Part shown: positions 25,101 to 40,100 of the stretch, piece after piece | Layout of the letters: every line of letters begins with the position of its first letter | Numbering within the stretch: the stretch's first letter is position 1 | Assembly: GCA_050084985.1 (NCBI GenBank) | Contig: JBITNC010000001.1 | Span: forward strand, 34,348,001-34,412,000 | Direction: 5' to 3' | DNA from: Nageia nagi | Taxonomy: Eukaryota; Plantae; Pinophyta | Length of the DNA stretch: 64,000 nt | Made by a program: the position numbers and the translations under genes | Notes under the pieces: generated by a model | Told to the model about the DNA's origin: nothing | The model's input: only the letters and a program-made list of their open reading frames with translations | Databases searched by the model: none

Positions 25101-28100
25101 TCTCATCAAAAACACCATTATCAAAACAACCTTAAAAATCAGTAAATACACAACCAGTCTTTGTAAGACTGAAATCTTCAACACTTTTGGTCCCCCCCCC
25201 CCCCCCCCTCCCTCTTGGAGGAACTCCAACATCTTCATATTCCCCTCCTTCAGAGGAACTCCAATACAATGAAGATGTCCATCATGGGTTTGATCTCTTT
25301 GAAGGTATTCTTCACACCTTGCACTTACATCACAAACAAACATCTGATTTGCATTATCAACAACATGATATTCATAAACAACATGAGAATCATCATCTTT
25401 ATAAATCATTTCTTCTCCAAGAAGAAATCCATCAACATTACTCTCTTCCATGAGAGTTTCACAAGGCCCTACACGAAGGAATTCTCCATCTTCTTCCTCC
25501 TCAAGGAAGCATTCATCATGCATGCCTTCCTCATAAGACATGTCTTCAACAATCAAATCTGGAACAGTACCTGGAGATTGTTATATCCTCTTCATCAATG
25601 CACTCTTCAAGTGCTTCACCAACAAAACATCATAAGTCTCTTCCTACATATAAACATCTTCACAGGGTTGCACACAAAAGTCTTCACAAAACAAGGGTTG
25701 ATCTTCCTTGCTTTCACAAAACTTACAATCTTCTAGATTGTCATGAGCATGCTCACAAGCATTCTTATTTCCAAACAAATTCTCACGAGTGATTTTCTCA
25801 CTCCGAAAACAATCATTCAATATTCTCCAAATATCAAAAGTTGATCTACAACTTTCAATCAAAGGAAAGATATTAGATTTAATACCTTTCCTCAACTCCA
25901 AGAGTGCCAAACAGTTTTTGTGTTGTTCCTCTTTTCTGATTCTTCTTTCTTCACCTTCTGGACTTTTCCAATCCTGAGGTTCTTCATAACCTGTAACTAC
26001 AATATCCCATAAATCATTATCTATCAAGTAAGTCTCCAGTTTATTCTTCCATTACCAAAAAATTTCAACACCAAAAACTGGAACTGGTAGGTTAGTGTTG
26101 GTAGCCATGACAACTAAAGCAACAAAATACCAAATCAGAAATCTACCAAGAAATGAGTTTAATAAACCATCTCCATGATTCCCGACAGGTTTATTCTAAC
26201 CACTCAAGTTTCCAGTAAGCAATCTTTGAAATAATTCCAAAACTCTTCAACAAATCAACTCAAATCAAAAAACTCTTCACAACAAGAACAACATACTCTA
26301 AAAAAAATTTACCCAACAAGCAACAACAAACTTCACAAGACTCTGATAAATCCTCTACTACAGTTTTTGATCTCAAGACTCTTCATAAACTCAAGAATAA
26401 AATGTTGCACTCTCCTTTGCTTCTGAAACTAATATCACTCTCACACGATTCTGTTGAGGCTGCCAATAAAAATACACATCACTCTATGCATTTTCTGAAA
26501 CTGCAGATCAATATGGCATTTTGTCAAACAAGTCATGCGCTGCTGCTGCATAGCCAAGAAGATCAACAATGCATAACTAGTGATTCATTCCGGGAAATAA
26601 TGCAATAAAAGTCACTCATGCTATTAAAGTATTTACAGCTCTGCTCCTTTGTATGTGTGCATCAACAACAAGAACATCCTCCACGTTTGACATGATGGAA
26701 TCGGTTCACATTCCTCAACAATGTCCCTTGCCGCTATTTGTCAGCCTCCACATCGTATAACACAGACATTACATTTGTAATATACCTGCTGCAATCACAA
26801 CACGCTAACACAACAGCATCCACGCCAGCACGCAAGTTCATGTCAGGGCTCCACCTCTATCAAAAAAATCATGTGCTTCTATACGCTTTCAATTTGTCTA
26901 ACAATTCACGAACCCATCAACAGATCACATCTATCTAAAATTTGGCCCATCCATGCACAAGTGCCTGTGCCTTTTGTCAAACAATACATGCGCCCACTAT
27001 TGCATACATACATTCGATGAGAAGCCATTTACGCCTCCTCTTTGGCGACTGGTCCTCCAGCAAACGCTTCAACACCACTCCACTAACTGGGTACCGTGGC
27101 ACTTCTCCCAACTCTTGAAGCCTACACCCAATATAACTACAGGATCATCGTAGTCAAAAGACTTTGCTAAAATAATTCATTTACTAGAAAAAGCTCCGTT
27201 CCATTTCGTCAACAAACATTCTTTAGTCAATCACAAGTAATCACCACATGAACAGTGTCCATCCTAGAAGTAATAAAACAATTGGCATCCGTTACAACAA
27301 TTTCTCCTGCAACAATTTCAGAGAGAAACTTGTTACAGAGTGGCAGTTACCAAATACTCGAAGGTTCTTCACAACTCGAATGGTTGTGCCTAAGGATGTG
27401 TTTAACAGTCCAAAAATAATTGCTCTAAACTTTTATCTCCTGCTCTGATACCAAATGAAGTATTATAGCCAAAACTTAACATGATCAATCTCATAGATTC
27501 TCATATATTCACAATGGAGCCAAATACATTCATCATAAACCATCAACAATATTCAGTAATGGAGCCAAATCATAAAAATGTTCAGACATTCATAGATCTG
27601 CAACATCAACATAAAATGGATCTAAATAAGAAGCTTTATTCATGTTCAAATGGAGAGGTACATTACAACAGCCAGTTTGCAAAAATCCTCATAATGCATC
27701 AAGTATGGATCTCACAGATCCACTACAAATCCTTCTCCATTCTACTTCACACTACATTTTAAACACTAATTTAAACTTGCAAATGGAAACTTAAAGAAAA
27801 TTCCCAAATGTAAACTACTCAAACTACCCTTCAACTAATTTATGACATGCGTAATTTCTTCCACTTACAAATATAAAATATATAAACTAGTTTGTCTCCT
27901 ACATTTAACACTTAAATAAAATCACTTTAATAATATTTCCAACAAACAAAAGAACACTTTCGGCTATTGTTTCAACTTAGTATTAGGTATGAATTCTTGG
28001 TTCAATTAGAAGCAAAAAACAATTGCCCTTATTTCAGCGGAAGTTGAATACATTGCAACATCTTCAGCTAGTTGTGAAGTCATTTGGCCTCATAAGTTGA

Positions 28101-31100
28101 TTGCAAAGTTGACTGATGAGATCTTGGAGCCCACGGTTATTCACTGTGATAATCAAAGTTACATCAAACTCTTTGACAATCTAGTTTTCCATGATCAATC
28201 TAAACACATTGAAATCAAATTTCAATTTCACTTTCTAGGAGATAAAATGCGATGAAAAGCAATGATCCTAAGATATCTTCCTACAAACTTGCTAGTGGTC
28301 AATATTTTAACCAATCCTCTTCCGAAAGGAAAATTTGATTTGTCAAGATCTGAGCTTGAAAGACATTCCTCACAAAGCAAGCTTGGAGAACACATTCCTT
28401 GCAAAGAGGGAGTGTTAATTTTTGTTGCTAAGCATTTGTTGTAAAAAAATAGAAATTTTCTATTTGTTAGAAATTTTCCTAAAAATAGAAATTTGTTATT
28501 TTTGGAGTTAGCTACTTTAGCATTTTCTATTCTTAAGATTTCTATTTTAGCTGTTAGAGTATATTATACTTAAGTATAATATTTGCTTAAGTTCTCTAGG
28601 AGTATTTTATTATTTATTCCTAGGTTTAATTATTTGTTAGTTTGTTATGATTAGACCATAACAAATATTTGTCATCTTGTGAACTTTATCCTCACGCATC
28701 ATTATCATGCATTTGTCCACTAGCTTGTACTTTGCCCTATTTATTTGGGCTCTCCTTCATTGTATAATATCAATTCATTATATTTCCTTACATGGTATCA
28801 AAGAAGTTCCATCTCTAAACCTACCCTCCCGATTAGCAAATCTGTGAGGGGGATTGGCCTTAAGCCAACCCTCCTCACCTTGATTTTTTGCTGCATTTCA
28901 TTTTGTGGTAGGTTTGTGACCTGTGCGAGCTTGCTTGTTTTATGTTTCCTGTGAGATCTTTTTTGAGGAGATTTTTGCATTGAGGGCTATCTCCTTGCAT
29001 AAGATCTGGTGGATGTGTAGGGATTCATTGGTGGAGAGACATTCTATCAACGCTTCGCCATCTACCTCTGTCTTCTTGCATAGTCTCACCTTTTGTGTCC
29101 CCTACATGCGTTTATTATGGTTCATATCAAATTTGGTGTGTTGCATCTTCCTCTCATGGTGCAGAAAGAGTTTGATGGGCGATCTAACATGTTCTTAATA
29201 TGTGGATCCTATGGACGTCATGTACCTCCTGACTTCTATTGGCCAGATCTTTGATCTCTAGCCTCCTGCTGGCACCACACCCCCTGGACGTCTCTTTGGG
29301 GTGTCTCTCTTGTCCATGTTTCCTGCGGGCTTCCTTCCTTGTTTGGTATTTTCGAATATTTTTTTTGGGCATTTTATGGTGGAGATATCTTGCGAAATCT
29401 TCTACATGGACTTGTTTATTGTGCTTGAATCTAATTCACATTTGATCTCTTGTGGCGTGGACTCTTGAACGCACTCTCCATTCTCGTGGATCTACAATTT
29501 TTTTTAGTTGCATAAAAATGGAAAATGCATGGCTGCAAATGAGCCATCAAGGAGTACGCACATTGCTGTTAGGAGGGCCTCTATGTCGCTTCCAAGATAT
29601 CGTGTGATTCTTTGGTGCCCTTCACTTTCCACATACAAACCTATGCCCAACTCCTCATGCTATTTTTGTGGACCTGCACTCAGCATTTCCTTCTGCAAGT
29701 TCATTGCGTTATGGACCATGCGAGCTTTGCAGACTATGCGCATAATTGGTATTGAATTGTGTGGCCCCTTCTCTAGCCTGCATGGCGTTGATATCCTTTG
29801 CACTTCATGGTTCCTCGTGTTGCCCTTTAATTGTGTGGAACGGTGCCCCCTAGATATTGTTAGCTCAGATCTGTTGGATACTTACTTTGCGGACGTTGGG
29901 AAAACTGGCTTGATCTAGTTGTTATTTTGGCCTGTGGATTTGATCATTTTTTTGTAGTTGGTGGTCTGTATCTTTCAAAGTGTGGCCTTTATTTTGCAAA
30001 TCTTAGCACATCATGTTTTGGGCATTGTTTTCAGCTGCCATGGCCCTTCTGTTGATTTGCATAGACAATCTGCAACCAAAAATGGCTCCTTTGAAGCCAA
30101 TCACTATCTCCTTGCAAATTTGTAGCCACTTTGCTAATATTTGTTGTAGCTCATGTGCAGTTGCCTCTTTCATGGATTACTTGGTGTCCCATTTTGAAGC
30201 CTATCGTCTTATACTTGGTGGCTTTCTACTCATGACATTTGCATTTTTACGCTATGGCCCTTATGTTCGTGTATGCAGCAGTTTTTGGGCTTAGTGTTGC
30301 TCATTATGAAGGCCTTGACTTTCATGATGGTGCATGAGATTCTCGTGGTGGCGTTGGTGCTTGCCCTGTTACTCTCTAACAAATCATGTCCACATGGTTG
30401 CGTTCTCTCTTTTGCATGGACGTGTTCTCTTGTTTGCACGCAACATATATTGTGAATTGCCATTTCTCTTCGTCAGCATTAAGGGAGAATTGTCAACTGC
30501 TAATGCTTCCTTTGATCTTGTTACACTCACAACTCTCGGTGAAATTGGGTTTCCGTCTCCTGTAGGTTTTACTGCAACTCCTTAAGAACCCTCATCGAGT
30601 TGTGTGAAAGCATGTTTGGAAGCAACCTCTTTTTTATGGATCTTAGCATACGAGCTCCAAACTTGGCTCTCTAATGACATGTGTTTCTTCTTTGCATACG
30701 GACTCCTGGCTTGGCTCTCTAATAACGTGTACACGAGAAATCTGCTGCTTTTTTTTTTTCTTGTGGTCTACCAACTGCATTGCCAATATACTTTTCATAG
30801 TGGAATTCATGCCCTGTTTTCAAGTTGAGGGACTCTCTTTGTTGGTGTTGATTGAGTAGTGTTGTTTGGCTCACTCCTGCATATTGGTAGCTCTTTGATC
30901 CTGATTTCTTTGGAGGTTCTTCAGCTTCTAGCTTGCAATTGTTCCTTGGCATCAGTTTCTTCACATCATTGTATCGGATTCAGTAAGCATGATTTCTTGA
31001 GTTGTGATGGAAGTTATCCACCTTCTTGCTTTTCTTTCTCTCTTTTAGTGGGGAGCTTTTTCCTACGGATTTTCTCCTTTTCTCTGCTTGTGAGAGATTT

Positions 31101-34100
31101 TCTGTACATGAGTACCTAATCAGGCCTTGTTGTCGAGACTCATATTTATAGGTGTGCCATTTATTTCACCTCCTAATATCACTTAAGGGGGGTGTTAGAG
31201 TATATTATACTTGGGTATAATATTTGCTTAAGTTCTCTAGGAGTATTTTATTCTTTATTCCTAGGCTTAATTATTTGTTAGTTTATTATGATTAGATCAT
31301 AACAAATATTTGTTATCTTGTGGACTTTATCCTCACACATGGTTATCATGCATTTGTTCACTAGCTTGTACTTTGCCCTATTTATTTGGGCTCTCCTTCA
31401 TAGTACAATATCAATTCATTATATTTCCTTACATTAGCACTATTAAAAATAGAGTTATCTAAAGATACAATCTTCTAATTGCATGAGTGTCCCTTATCCA
31501 TCCACGAATTTCTTTTTAATCAATGTGCATGTAAAGGCATATTTTGGAAAACTTGTCCACATACATTTCGCCTTTGGGAATTGCATCATAATTAGGGTTA
31601 GAAAGTTGGATTTATCTTTTCTCTATATAAGAGCACATTTGCTCTATTGTAATCTGAGTTTTAGAAGGGAGATTTTTTTCTTTCAAGAATTCAACCAAGA
31701 AACTCTCAAGCATAGCAATTTTTCGGTTTATGATTTTAAAGATTTGTCTCCATAGAAATCTACCATTAATATTTGTTCTACAAAATTAGGAATTTTCTAT
31801 TTATTAGAACTTCTCCTAATAATAGACATTTGCTATTTTTGGAGTTAGCTATATTCATCATTTTCTATTTTTAACATTTCTATTTTTAGCATTGCTAAAG
31901 ACAGAGTTGTTTAAAGATACAATCTTCTAATTGCATGAGTGCACCTTATCCATGCATGAATTTCTTCTTAATCAATGTGCATGTAAGGGCATATTTTTGG
32001 AAACTTGTGTGCATGCATTTAGTCTTTGGAAAATGCATCCTAATTAGGGTTAGAAAGCTGAGTTTATCTTTTCTCTATATAAAAGTATGTTTGCTCTATT
32101 ATAATCTAAGTTTTAGAAGAGATTTTCTTTGCTCAAGAATTCAGCCAAGAAACTCTCATGCATAGAAATAGTTGGGTATATTTTGAAAATATGTATCCAT
32201 AGAAATATGTCATTAATACACAGTATTTCCTGCTATTGATGCTTGCTGGTTTTTATACTTTTTGTGGAATTTTTCTCATCTACAAGTTGCTAATTTCTAC
32301 TGCAAAAGTGTTATTGTTTACAGCAGTTACTTAGCATGTTTTTGAATGCCTAAATGCAAGTTTTAAGCTATGCATGATTCAAATTTAATGATTTTATATT
32401 TCTAAAATTATTTTCTGAAATTTCAATATATAGTTGATCTTATATAGGCTGCAAGTTTGATGTTTCTCATTGCCAGCAGACCAGACACAAGCTATGTTGT
32501 TTCATTTGTTTAAGTTATATGAATTAACCATTTAAAATTCACTTGGAGACTGCCAAGAGAATGTTGGGGTATGTGAAAGGTAGTATTGATTCTGGTATTC
32601 ATTAAAATTCAATATTTGTGGGTTATACTGATTGTGATAAGGAGGCGGTTTGGATCATCAAAAATCCACCTCCAACAATTATTTTACTCTAGGTTCAGGA
32701 CTAATCACTTGGAGCTCAAACAAGCAAGAATCAATCATTCTTTCTTTAACAAAAGGTAGGTATATCACAGCAACTTTGGCTAGCACACAAGCCTTGTGGC
32801 TCAGAAAGATATTGGAAGAAATTGGTTTGAGAAGCAATTTCATCCTATTATCATCTCTTGTGACAACATGGTGCAATTCAATTGGCAAAGCACTCTATTT
32901 ATCATAGCAAGTCCAAACATTTCGATTAGAAGTATCACTTATTAGAAAGGTGGTTCAGAAAAAGAAATTGAGATGAAGTATTGTAGTACTCATGATAAAC
33001 TTGCTAATGTATTTACAGAAGCTGTGACTAAAGCACAATTCTTATGAGTTCTCTTAGCATAAAGGCGAAAATGTTGGAATGGTAATGCTGATAAGGGCAG
33101 TGTTACCCTCGTCATATATTGCACGTGAGTGAACCTGAATTCTCTCTTTTAAACTAGTTTTTTGGTCTAAAATCATATGACAAAGGCCTCAAGTCAGAAG
33201 AGTTATCAATTATGAGCAGTTTAATAAAACAAAAGTTCCTGAAAGCAACTGTAATTGTCATCCTAGTGACCTATATGTTAGATATTCTCTTTGTGCAGAC
33301 AGTTATGTAGGGAATGTAATTTTAGGGAAGAGCAAGGGTCATTCCCAGCATCTGCAATAGGATAGTATCATGGTAGTTTAGGTGTGTAATAGTTAGTTTC
33401 CTGTGCAAAGCTCGTTTTCCTTAGCAGATGTTAATATAATGCAGCCATTGATGCTCTATGTGTGTTAAAAACTCTTATTTATGCATTGAATTCTTTTTTA
33501 TATGCTGTTTTATGAACATGTAAATGAGTAGTATTGTTCTTAGAAGACAAATACCCACAGAATTCAACTTTACTTATGCATTTAATAAAATACATATTGT
33601 TTCATCTGACTCTCTAACAAGTTATGTGACTTTCATGTTCATACAAAAAGATATTTTTATAATCAATTTCGCGTCAACAATTTGAAGATGTACGAATTGA
33701 AGTCATTGACTTGCCACATATTAGGAAGTTTGTTTTTCAGAAATGTCCATGTAGACACCATTGAAAGAAACCTTAATAACAGGCATTTGCTGAACATCTA
33801 CCTGACTGAGGTGATTCATTCAAAAAACACAAATCCCATATGACCCAATTAAAACAGGGCCCTTTCTTCTTGTTTAATATAGTAGCTGCTGCTGACAGTC
33901 ATTAAATACTTTGACTAAGCTTGATTATGGTGAATAATTTCAGTTGCAATCTTCATTCACTTCATTGTCGCAGGAGGAAAATGAGGATTTTGTCTGTAGT
34001 CTAGTTAACTCCAGACACAATGCAACTAAACCTTGAACCGTGAAGATCAATTTATCTTCAACTCTTATTGCTGACATGATTGCAACTCTAAACTGGAGTA

Positions 34101-37100
34101 TTAGATTATATATTTATATTATAAATCAAATGATTTTCTTACCTTGATAATTCCACTGAACCTGATAAATTTAATCCTTTTGTCCAGGGAGATGGCTTTG
34201 AATTAGTTACTAAACTGCCAGTTATAGAAACTGCTCTTTGTTGAGAGAAAGGGATGCCTCCAGACGTATTTGAGGAAAATAACTGTCTCCTATTGTCATA
34301 AGCCTTGAGATTCTGAAAATAATCTCATGTTAATAAAATTGCAAATGAAACAAAGAAGAGCAAAATAAATATGCAAACATCAAAAACAAATTAAATAAAG
34401 CCAGACACTAGTTGCACTTGAACCATACATCCTGTAAATATACTGTAGTAAAACAAATTTTACTATCAGTCAATGTAACCACCTTATAGACCCAATAGGC
34501 AAATAGAAGGAACTGAAACAAGATGGATTTCCAAAGTTCTTAAACAACGAAGTTTCTGAGTGCTTGCAAAATATGCATAACTATGAAGAAGTTTGGTTCA
34601 AAATTAAGAAAAGTGCTGATTAAATATTTGAAGGCTGCACCTCTTCTCCTTTCATGTCAAACAAGAATGTTTCTTATGAGTTCTACTTTTCTTTTAATTG
34701 AAATACATGAGTTTGTAGATCATTGATATATACAAAAGAAATAAGCGAAAAACAGTCAAGTCACTAGGTTTACCACAACCACTCCCCATAACTAGTCAAA
34801 GATCGGAGGAGTTTCATTCAATTTATCACTGGTCTTCCTAAGTCAAAAGTGAAGTATGGCATTTAGAAGTCAACAATAGATTTAACAAAATATGCACAAT
34901 TATGAAAAACAGAAAACCCAGAATAAGTAAGAATTTTGACCATATTCATAACGAATGTGCTTCATAAGCTTTTTACAAGTAGTAGTTAGTCAAATAATAC
35001 ATGCATTTGCTAAAACAACCATAAAAGGTCAAGAATATAAATCTTCCAAGAAATTCAAGTTAGGAAATTGATAATATATTAATGAACTATGAACTATTGG
35101 GATACTCATATTATTATCTACGAGGTATAAACTTTGCTAACTACAACATAAATCACGTATCCTGATCTAATTACTGAAGAGATCGATCCAAAGTATTCTC
35201 TTTTGATGAGGTGGAAATAGCTATTTTTGATTTGTAAGATATTATGGTTGAGTAAAATTGACTCAAAAGTGATGAGTCAAAAGTAATTTCATTTACTCAA
35301 AGGTTGTGAGAGTAGTTTGATTCAATTCATGTATTTAGGGTAGTTAAATATTTTTGTACAAGTTGTAGCAAAAGAGATTGGGACTAAGTTTTAGCCCAAG
35401 TTTGTAAGAAACCCACAGTTGTTCTCTCATGGTGTTATGTTGTAACAGCTATATTTGAAGCATATGAAAGGGAATTTTTATATCAAGTTTAAAACCCTTG
35501 AATAGATCCTAAGAAACTCTTTAAGTGGTTTTTATGTTGTGTTCCACAAGGCCACATACCTGCCCCGAAACCCTCATATCCCCGTTTCAGTTGTTGGGGG
35601 GATGAGGGGACGGCTAAAAAACATCTCGACGTTGTCCCACACCAATGGAAACCCGGTCAAAATGTTTCCCCACTTGGTGGTATGCCTAGTCATCCCCATA
35701 ATGGTTGGGGTACGTCTAGGCATCCCAGAGATGCCCAAGCATCCCCAAAACATTGGGGGGATGCCCGGATGTCCCCAACCATCTCGGCCATGCCTAGGCA
35801 TCCCCTACATGACTGGGAGGCCATTTTTTTGTAACTATTATATGATTTTGACAAATACTACCTTAAGGTTTCGTGTGTTATGCAAATCTTGAATCTTTTA
35901 AATTTTTAGTTGAAATAATGCTTTTGAAAGGAATTGGTTTTGATGCATTGTACAGGCTAGAAACACTAACAACAACTACAAACTTGTGAACATGTACAAA
36001 CTAGAAAATTAAAAATTTCAATGCATACAACAAGCCTATCAATTGGCAATTGCCATTTGCCACAATCTATAACATAAACAAACAAGTTGTTAAGTATAGG
36101 ACATTGTTTACAAGTTTACAATAAACTTACAAACAAGCATACTGTTACAAGTTTACAATTGTTACAAACTTACAAACAAGCATACTGTTACAAGTTTACA
36201 ATTGTTACAACTTACAAAAAAGCATACTTTTACAAGTTTACAATTGTTACAACTTACAAACAAGCATATTGTTACAAACTTACAAACAAACATATTGTTA
36301 CACTTACAACTGCAAGCATATTGTTACAAGTTTTCCCAGTTGGGGGTAGGCCCAGTCGTTCCTATAATGGTTGGGGTACGTTTGGGCATCCCAAAGACAC
36401 CCAGGCATCTCAAAGACTCTGGGGTGTCCCCAAAACATCAAGGGAACACCCGGATGTCCCCAACCATCTCAGGGATGCCTAGGTATTCCCCACATGGCTG
36501 GGAGGCCTTTTTTTTGTAACTATTATATGATTTTGACAAATGCTACCTTAAGGTTTGGTGTGTTATGCAAATCTTGAATCTTTTAAATTTTTAGTAGAAA
36601 TAATGCTTTTGAAAGGACTTGGTTTTGATACGTTGTACAAGCTAGAAACTTTGACAACAACTACAAAATTGTGAACATGTTGTACAAGCTAGAAAATTAA
36701 AAATTTCAATGCATGCAACAGGCCTATCAATTGGTAGTTGTCATTTGCCACAATCTATAACATAAACAAACAAGTTGTCAAGTATAGGACATTGTTTACA
36801 AGTTTACAATTGTTACAAACAAGCATACTGTTACAAGTTTACAATTGCTACAACTTACAAACAAACATATTGTTACAAACTTACAAGCAAACATATTGTT
36901 ACAAACTTACAAACAAACAAACATATTGTTACACTTACAACTGCAAGCATAATTGTTACAAGTTTATAAAATATAAATAAGCATATTGTTACAAGTTTAC
37001 ATTGTTTAAAACTTACACTTGTTACAAGTTTACAAATACTCTCATTTATTATATATGTCTATGATAATGAAATATGATTTGAATTTCTAGATTTCACATG

Positions 37101-40100
37101 TTTGATAATTTGATTATATTTGCATTTTGATTTTATTAAGTAATTAAAAATATTGATAAGAGTAAAAAATGAGGGTTTTGACAAGATCCCACAACCTGAC
37201 CAAAAACAATTTGAATATATACTGGTGTACAAACTATAGCTAAACAGTTACAGAGTGTTAAGAAATTACTATTTTGAAGCTAAATTACATTTCTACAGCT
37301 ACCCAATATCACCAACTGGTAGCAAAAACAGAAACCTAATCCAACTACTAACAAATTCTAACATGATGATTCTGTCATATCTATATATCAAACAAATATC
37401 ATTTCTTTAAGACTCATGCAGGTTTGTTGTAGCTCAGTTGAAGCCGAGTTGTATCTTCAAAAAAAAAACTTGGTGGTTCGTTTTCATTTCCTCGATCCAT
37501 CCTTTTACAACATAGATACATTTGAGCTTTGTTGCATCCCTATTTTGTTAATCCTTCATTCCTAGGTAATGATCCAAAATTCAATCGTCACCTAGCAACA
37601 AAATAAGAACTTCAAATCGAAGTTCTCTCCTTTACGATTTCGTCGGTTCGAACGGCGAATAAAACCGGCTTCCAATTTGCCTTCAACAAAGGTTTGAAGT
37701 TTGGATAAATGTTTGTATTTATTATTTACAAAATTAAAAAAAAAAAATACTACAATGTTAAATTAAACATTGAAAATAATGTAAAACCCCAAATTAAAAA
37801 AAAGGGCAGCATTGTAATCAAATGGAGGATAACGACCGCACCACCGCCTACATAAAGGAGAAATCTTTGTGTGAATGGACGCCACATAGAGAGGAAAATC
37901 ATGCGTTGGGTTGGAAACCCGCCAAGCACCTACAGATGTCAACGTGGAGGGGAGTCAACCTACCTAGCAGCTACGATGCAAAGTGGAGGAGGAGGCGGAC
38001 TTGGAGGCTAGGCTATGGGCGCGCACAAGAAAGAACAAGCCGACGGTGGGAGATGAGGTGGCAATTTGGAGACCACGCAAGGTAAGGAAGAACCCGCCAG
38101 GTGACGCCGAATGTAGAAGGAGCTGCCCACGTCATGTAGGACCCCACCAACACTAAAGTGGGTTTGTGGAGCTGCGTAACATGTGGACTAGTTGACGTCA
38201 GCAAAAGGGACCCACCTAGCACTTAGACTGCGCAATGCAAAGGAAGCCTTCGGTAAAAGCTTATTGCCAATCATTTGGAGTAATTATTAGGGGGTTTATT
38301 GTTATTTTTGGTGGAAGGCCAAGTAGATATGAGTTTGGTTGATGGCCACAACCAAATTTAAATTTACGTGAAGTAATGCCAAATTAATTTGTTGTAGCCA
38401 AATTTTGTTTCCTAGCTTCCTCAATTTATAAAAGGAAGACTAGTGAATAGGTATTTTTTTTTAAAGTCTAGATTTCAGCTAGTTCACGCAAGTAAAAAGG
38501 AGAATAAATTTCTAAGTGTTGTAACAAGGTGACAGACCATAGTGGATTGATACACTCCACAGAAATAAGAGAGCTTGATTATTGGGTAATCTTTCTTGTG
38601 GATTTAATTTACTAGTTTATTTAATGTTATGCACTTGGTTATTTAATCATTTTATTTCTTTGTGAGACAACAAGCAAAATTCTAATGAATCCGTTTTAGA
38701 CAAAAATAATATTACGGATGAAACAACCCGAACAAGAATCCTTTACTTAGCCCTAAAGTACTTTGTGTACTTTCCATCGTCTTCTTTTCATTCGACTACC
38801 CCTCTTCTCAAAGTTTTTTGTAACGATTATGGGATTCTTCGAACAAATTTAGATGTAGTTTCTTTACTATTGTTTCTTGATTTTGGCCCTTTCAGCATGT
38901 TCCTAGCAGCTTTCATCTATACTTCCTTAATCTTTCGATCATTCTCTCTTGTCCATCTCTCATCTTCTTATTCCCATTGTTTTCTTTTCTTTTCCTCTAA
39001 AATTAATTTTTCTTTTAGAGTTTCATTTTTTGTTGTTCTTCAAATTCATGCCTTGTTCCTTCTTCATTTTGATCATTCTTTTGTCTTTTCCTTTTTTGAT
39101 GTTGAACTCTTTCCAATGAGATATCAACTTGAACTATCTGTTTTCCAGATGTTTCAACCTCCATATTATCATCCTCCTTAATTTCCTCTATTCTTATATC
39201 CCCCAATCTCTTGGATGGATTAGTTTCAACTAGAACCAAAGCCTAAACTTAGTTGGAGCATTCAACCCTTGTTGGAAATGTAACATGGGGGCTTGTCTAT
39301 TTCTGTTTTCTAGCAATGATTTGGCATTGGTTTGGCTGGTTTCAAACTGTTTGTGATTGGTGCTTATCAGGGAAACACAGGGACACATCCCCCCACTTGA
39401 GGGAAGTGTTTCCTCATCCCCCAAAACGTGGGTACGCCAAAGGGGACATTTCCCCGCCATACCACTTTTGGGGGAAACGATAATTTCTAGGCCTCGGGGA
39501 CCCGTCCCCAATAAAAGGGACAAAATGGGGACAGTTGGGGGCATTTTGATCATCCCTAGGATAGTCAACCATCCACTTTTGATTTACAAAATCAAAATTA
39601 CAATTGATGGATGCTCTTCAGTTGGATGATGTTGAGGAGGATAGCTTCTCAAATAGATCAACAGAGGATGAGCCATTGGACTTAGAATCATTAGGCTTAC
39701 AGCAATAGTTTTGATTATGCTAATAGCCTATTGCTCATCCATATTTGAATATTATTATTTTAGTAACTTAGTTTCACTTACAAATTTCAAGTTTTAGTAT
39801 TTTGAGTTCTTAATTTTGTATTTTTAATTTTAATTTTTAGTTTTACTATTTGATATTTAATTTCATATTTGATTTCAAGTTGAATGTTTCATGAATGAAT
39901 TCAATGATTCATTGAATCAATGAATTGATAATATAAATGTAGAATTAGAAATTATCTTTATTTCAAAAAAATCTAAAAAATTTGGGACTTTTTACTAGTT
40001 ACATACTTGCCGTTTCCGAGCCATCCCCTAAAATCAGATCCATGTACCCTACTATCCCCAAGTACGCATACCCTTGTACCCCCATACCCAACCCATGTGT

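Larger units (their letters stand above)
17015..32322 (+). mobile_element. Decayed host Ty1/copia element (INT C-terminus, RT, RH, PPT, 3' LTR from 28413) carrying four nested insertions
   Basis: Pieces: 17015-17326 (FVGYCEHSK...VVSRDVKF), 21228-21739 (SKWLYKIKHA...LKQAP), 22976-23404 (FLGLEVWQ), 27945-28412 (RH, HCDNQS). PPT AAAGAGGGAG is followed by TGTTAA at 28413. The LTR end at 32322 is less certain. Confidence 0.85.

Noticed and set aside
25192-25208. C17 homopolymer as a G-quadruplex element
   Set aside because: It is an isolated slippage run in a dead TE, with no supporting context.
36087-36980. Repetitive ORFs (YKQAYCYK...)
   Set aside because: They are translations of a minisatellite inside a hAT-type element.
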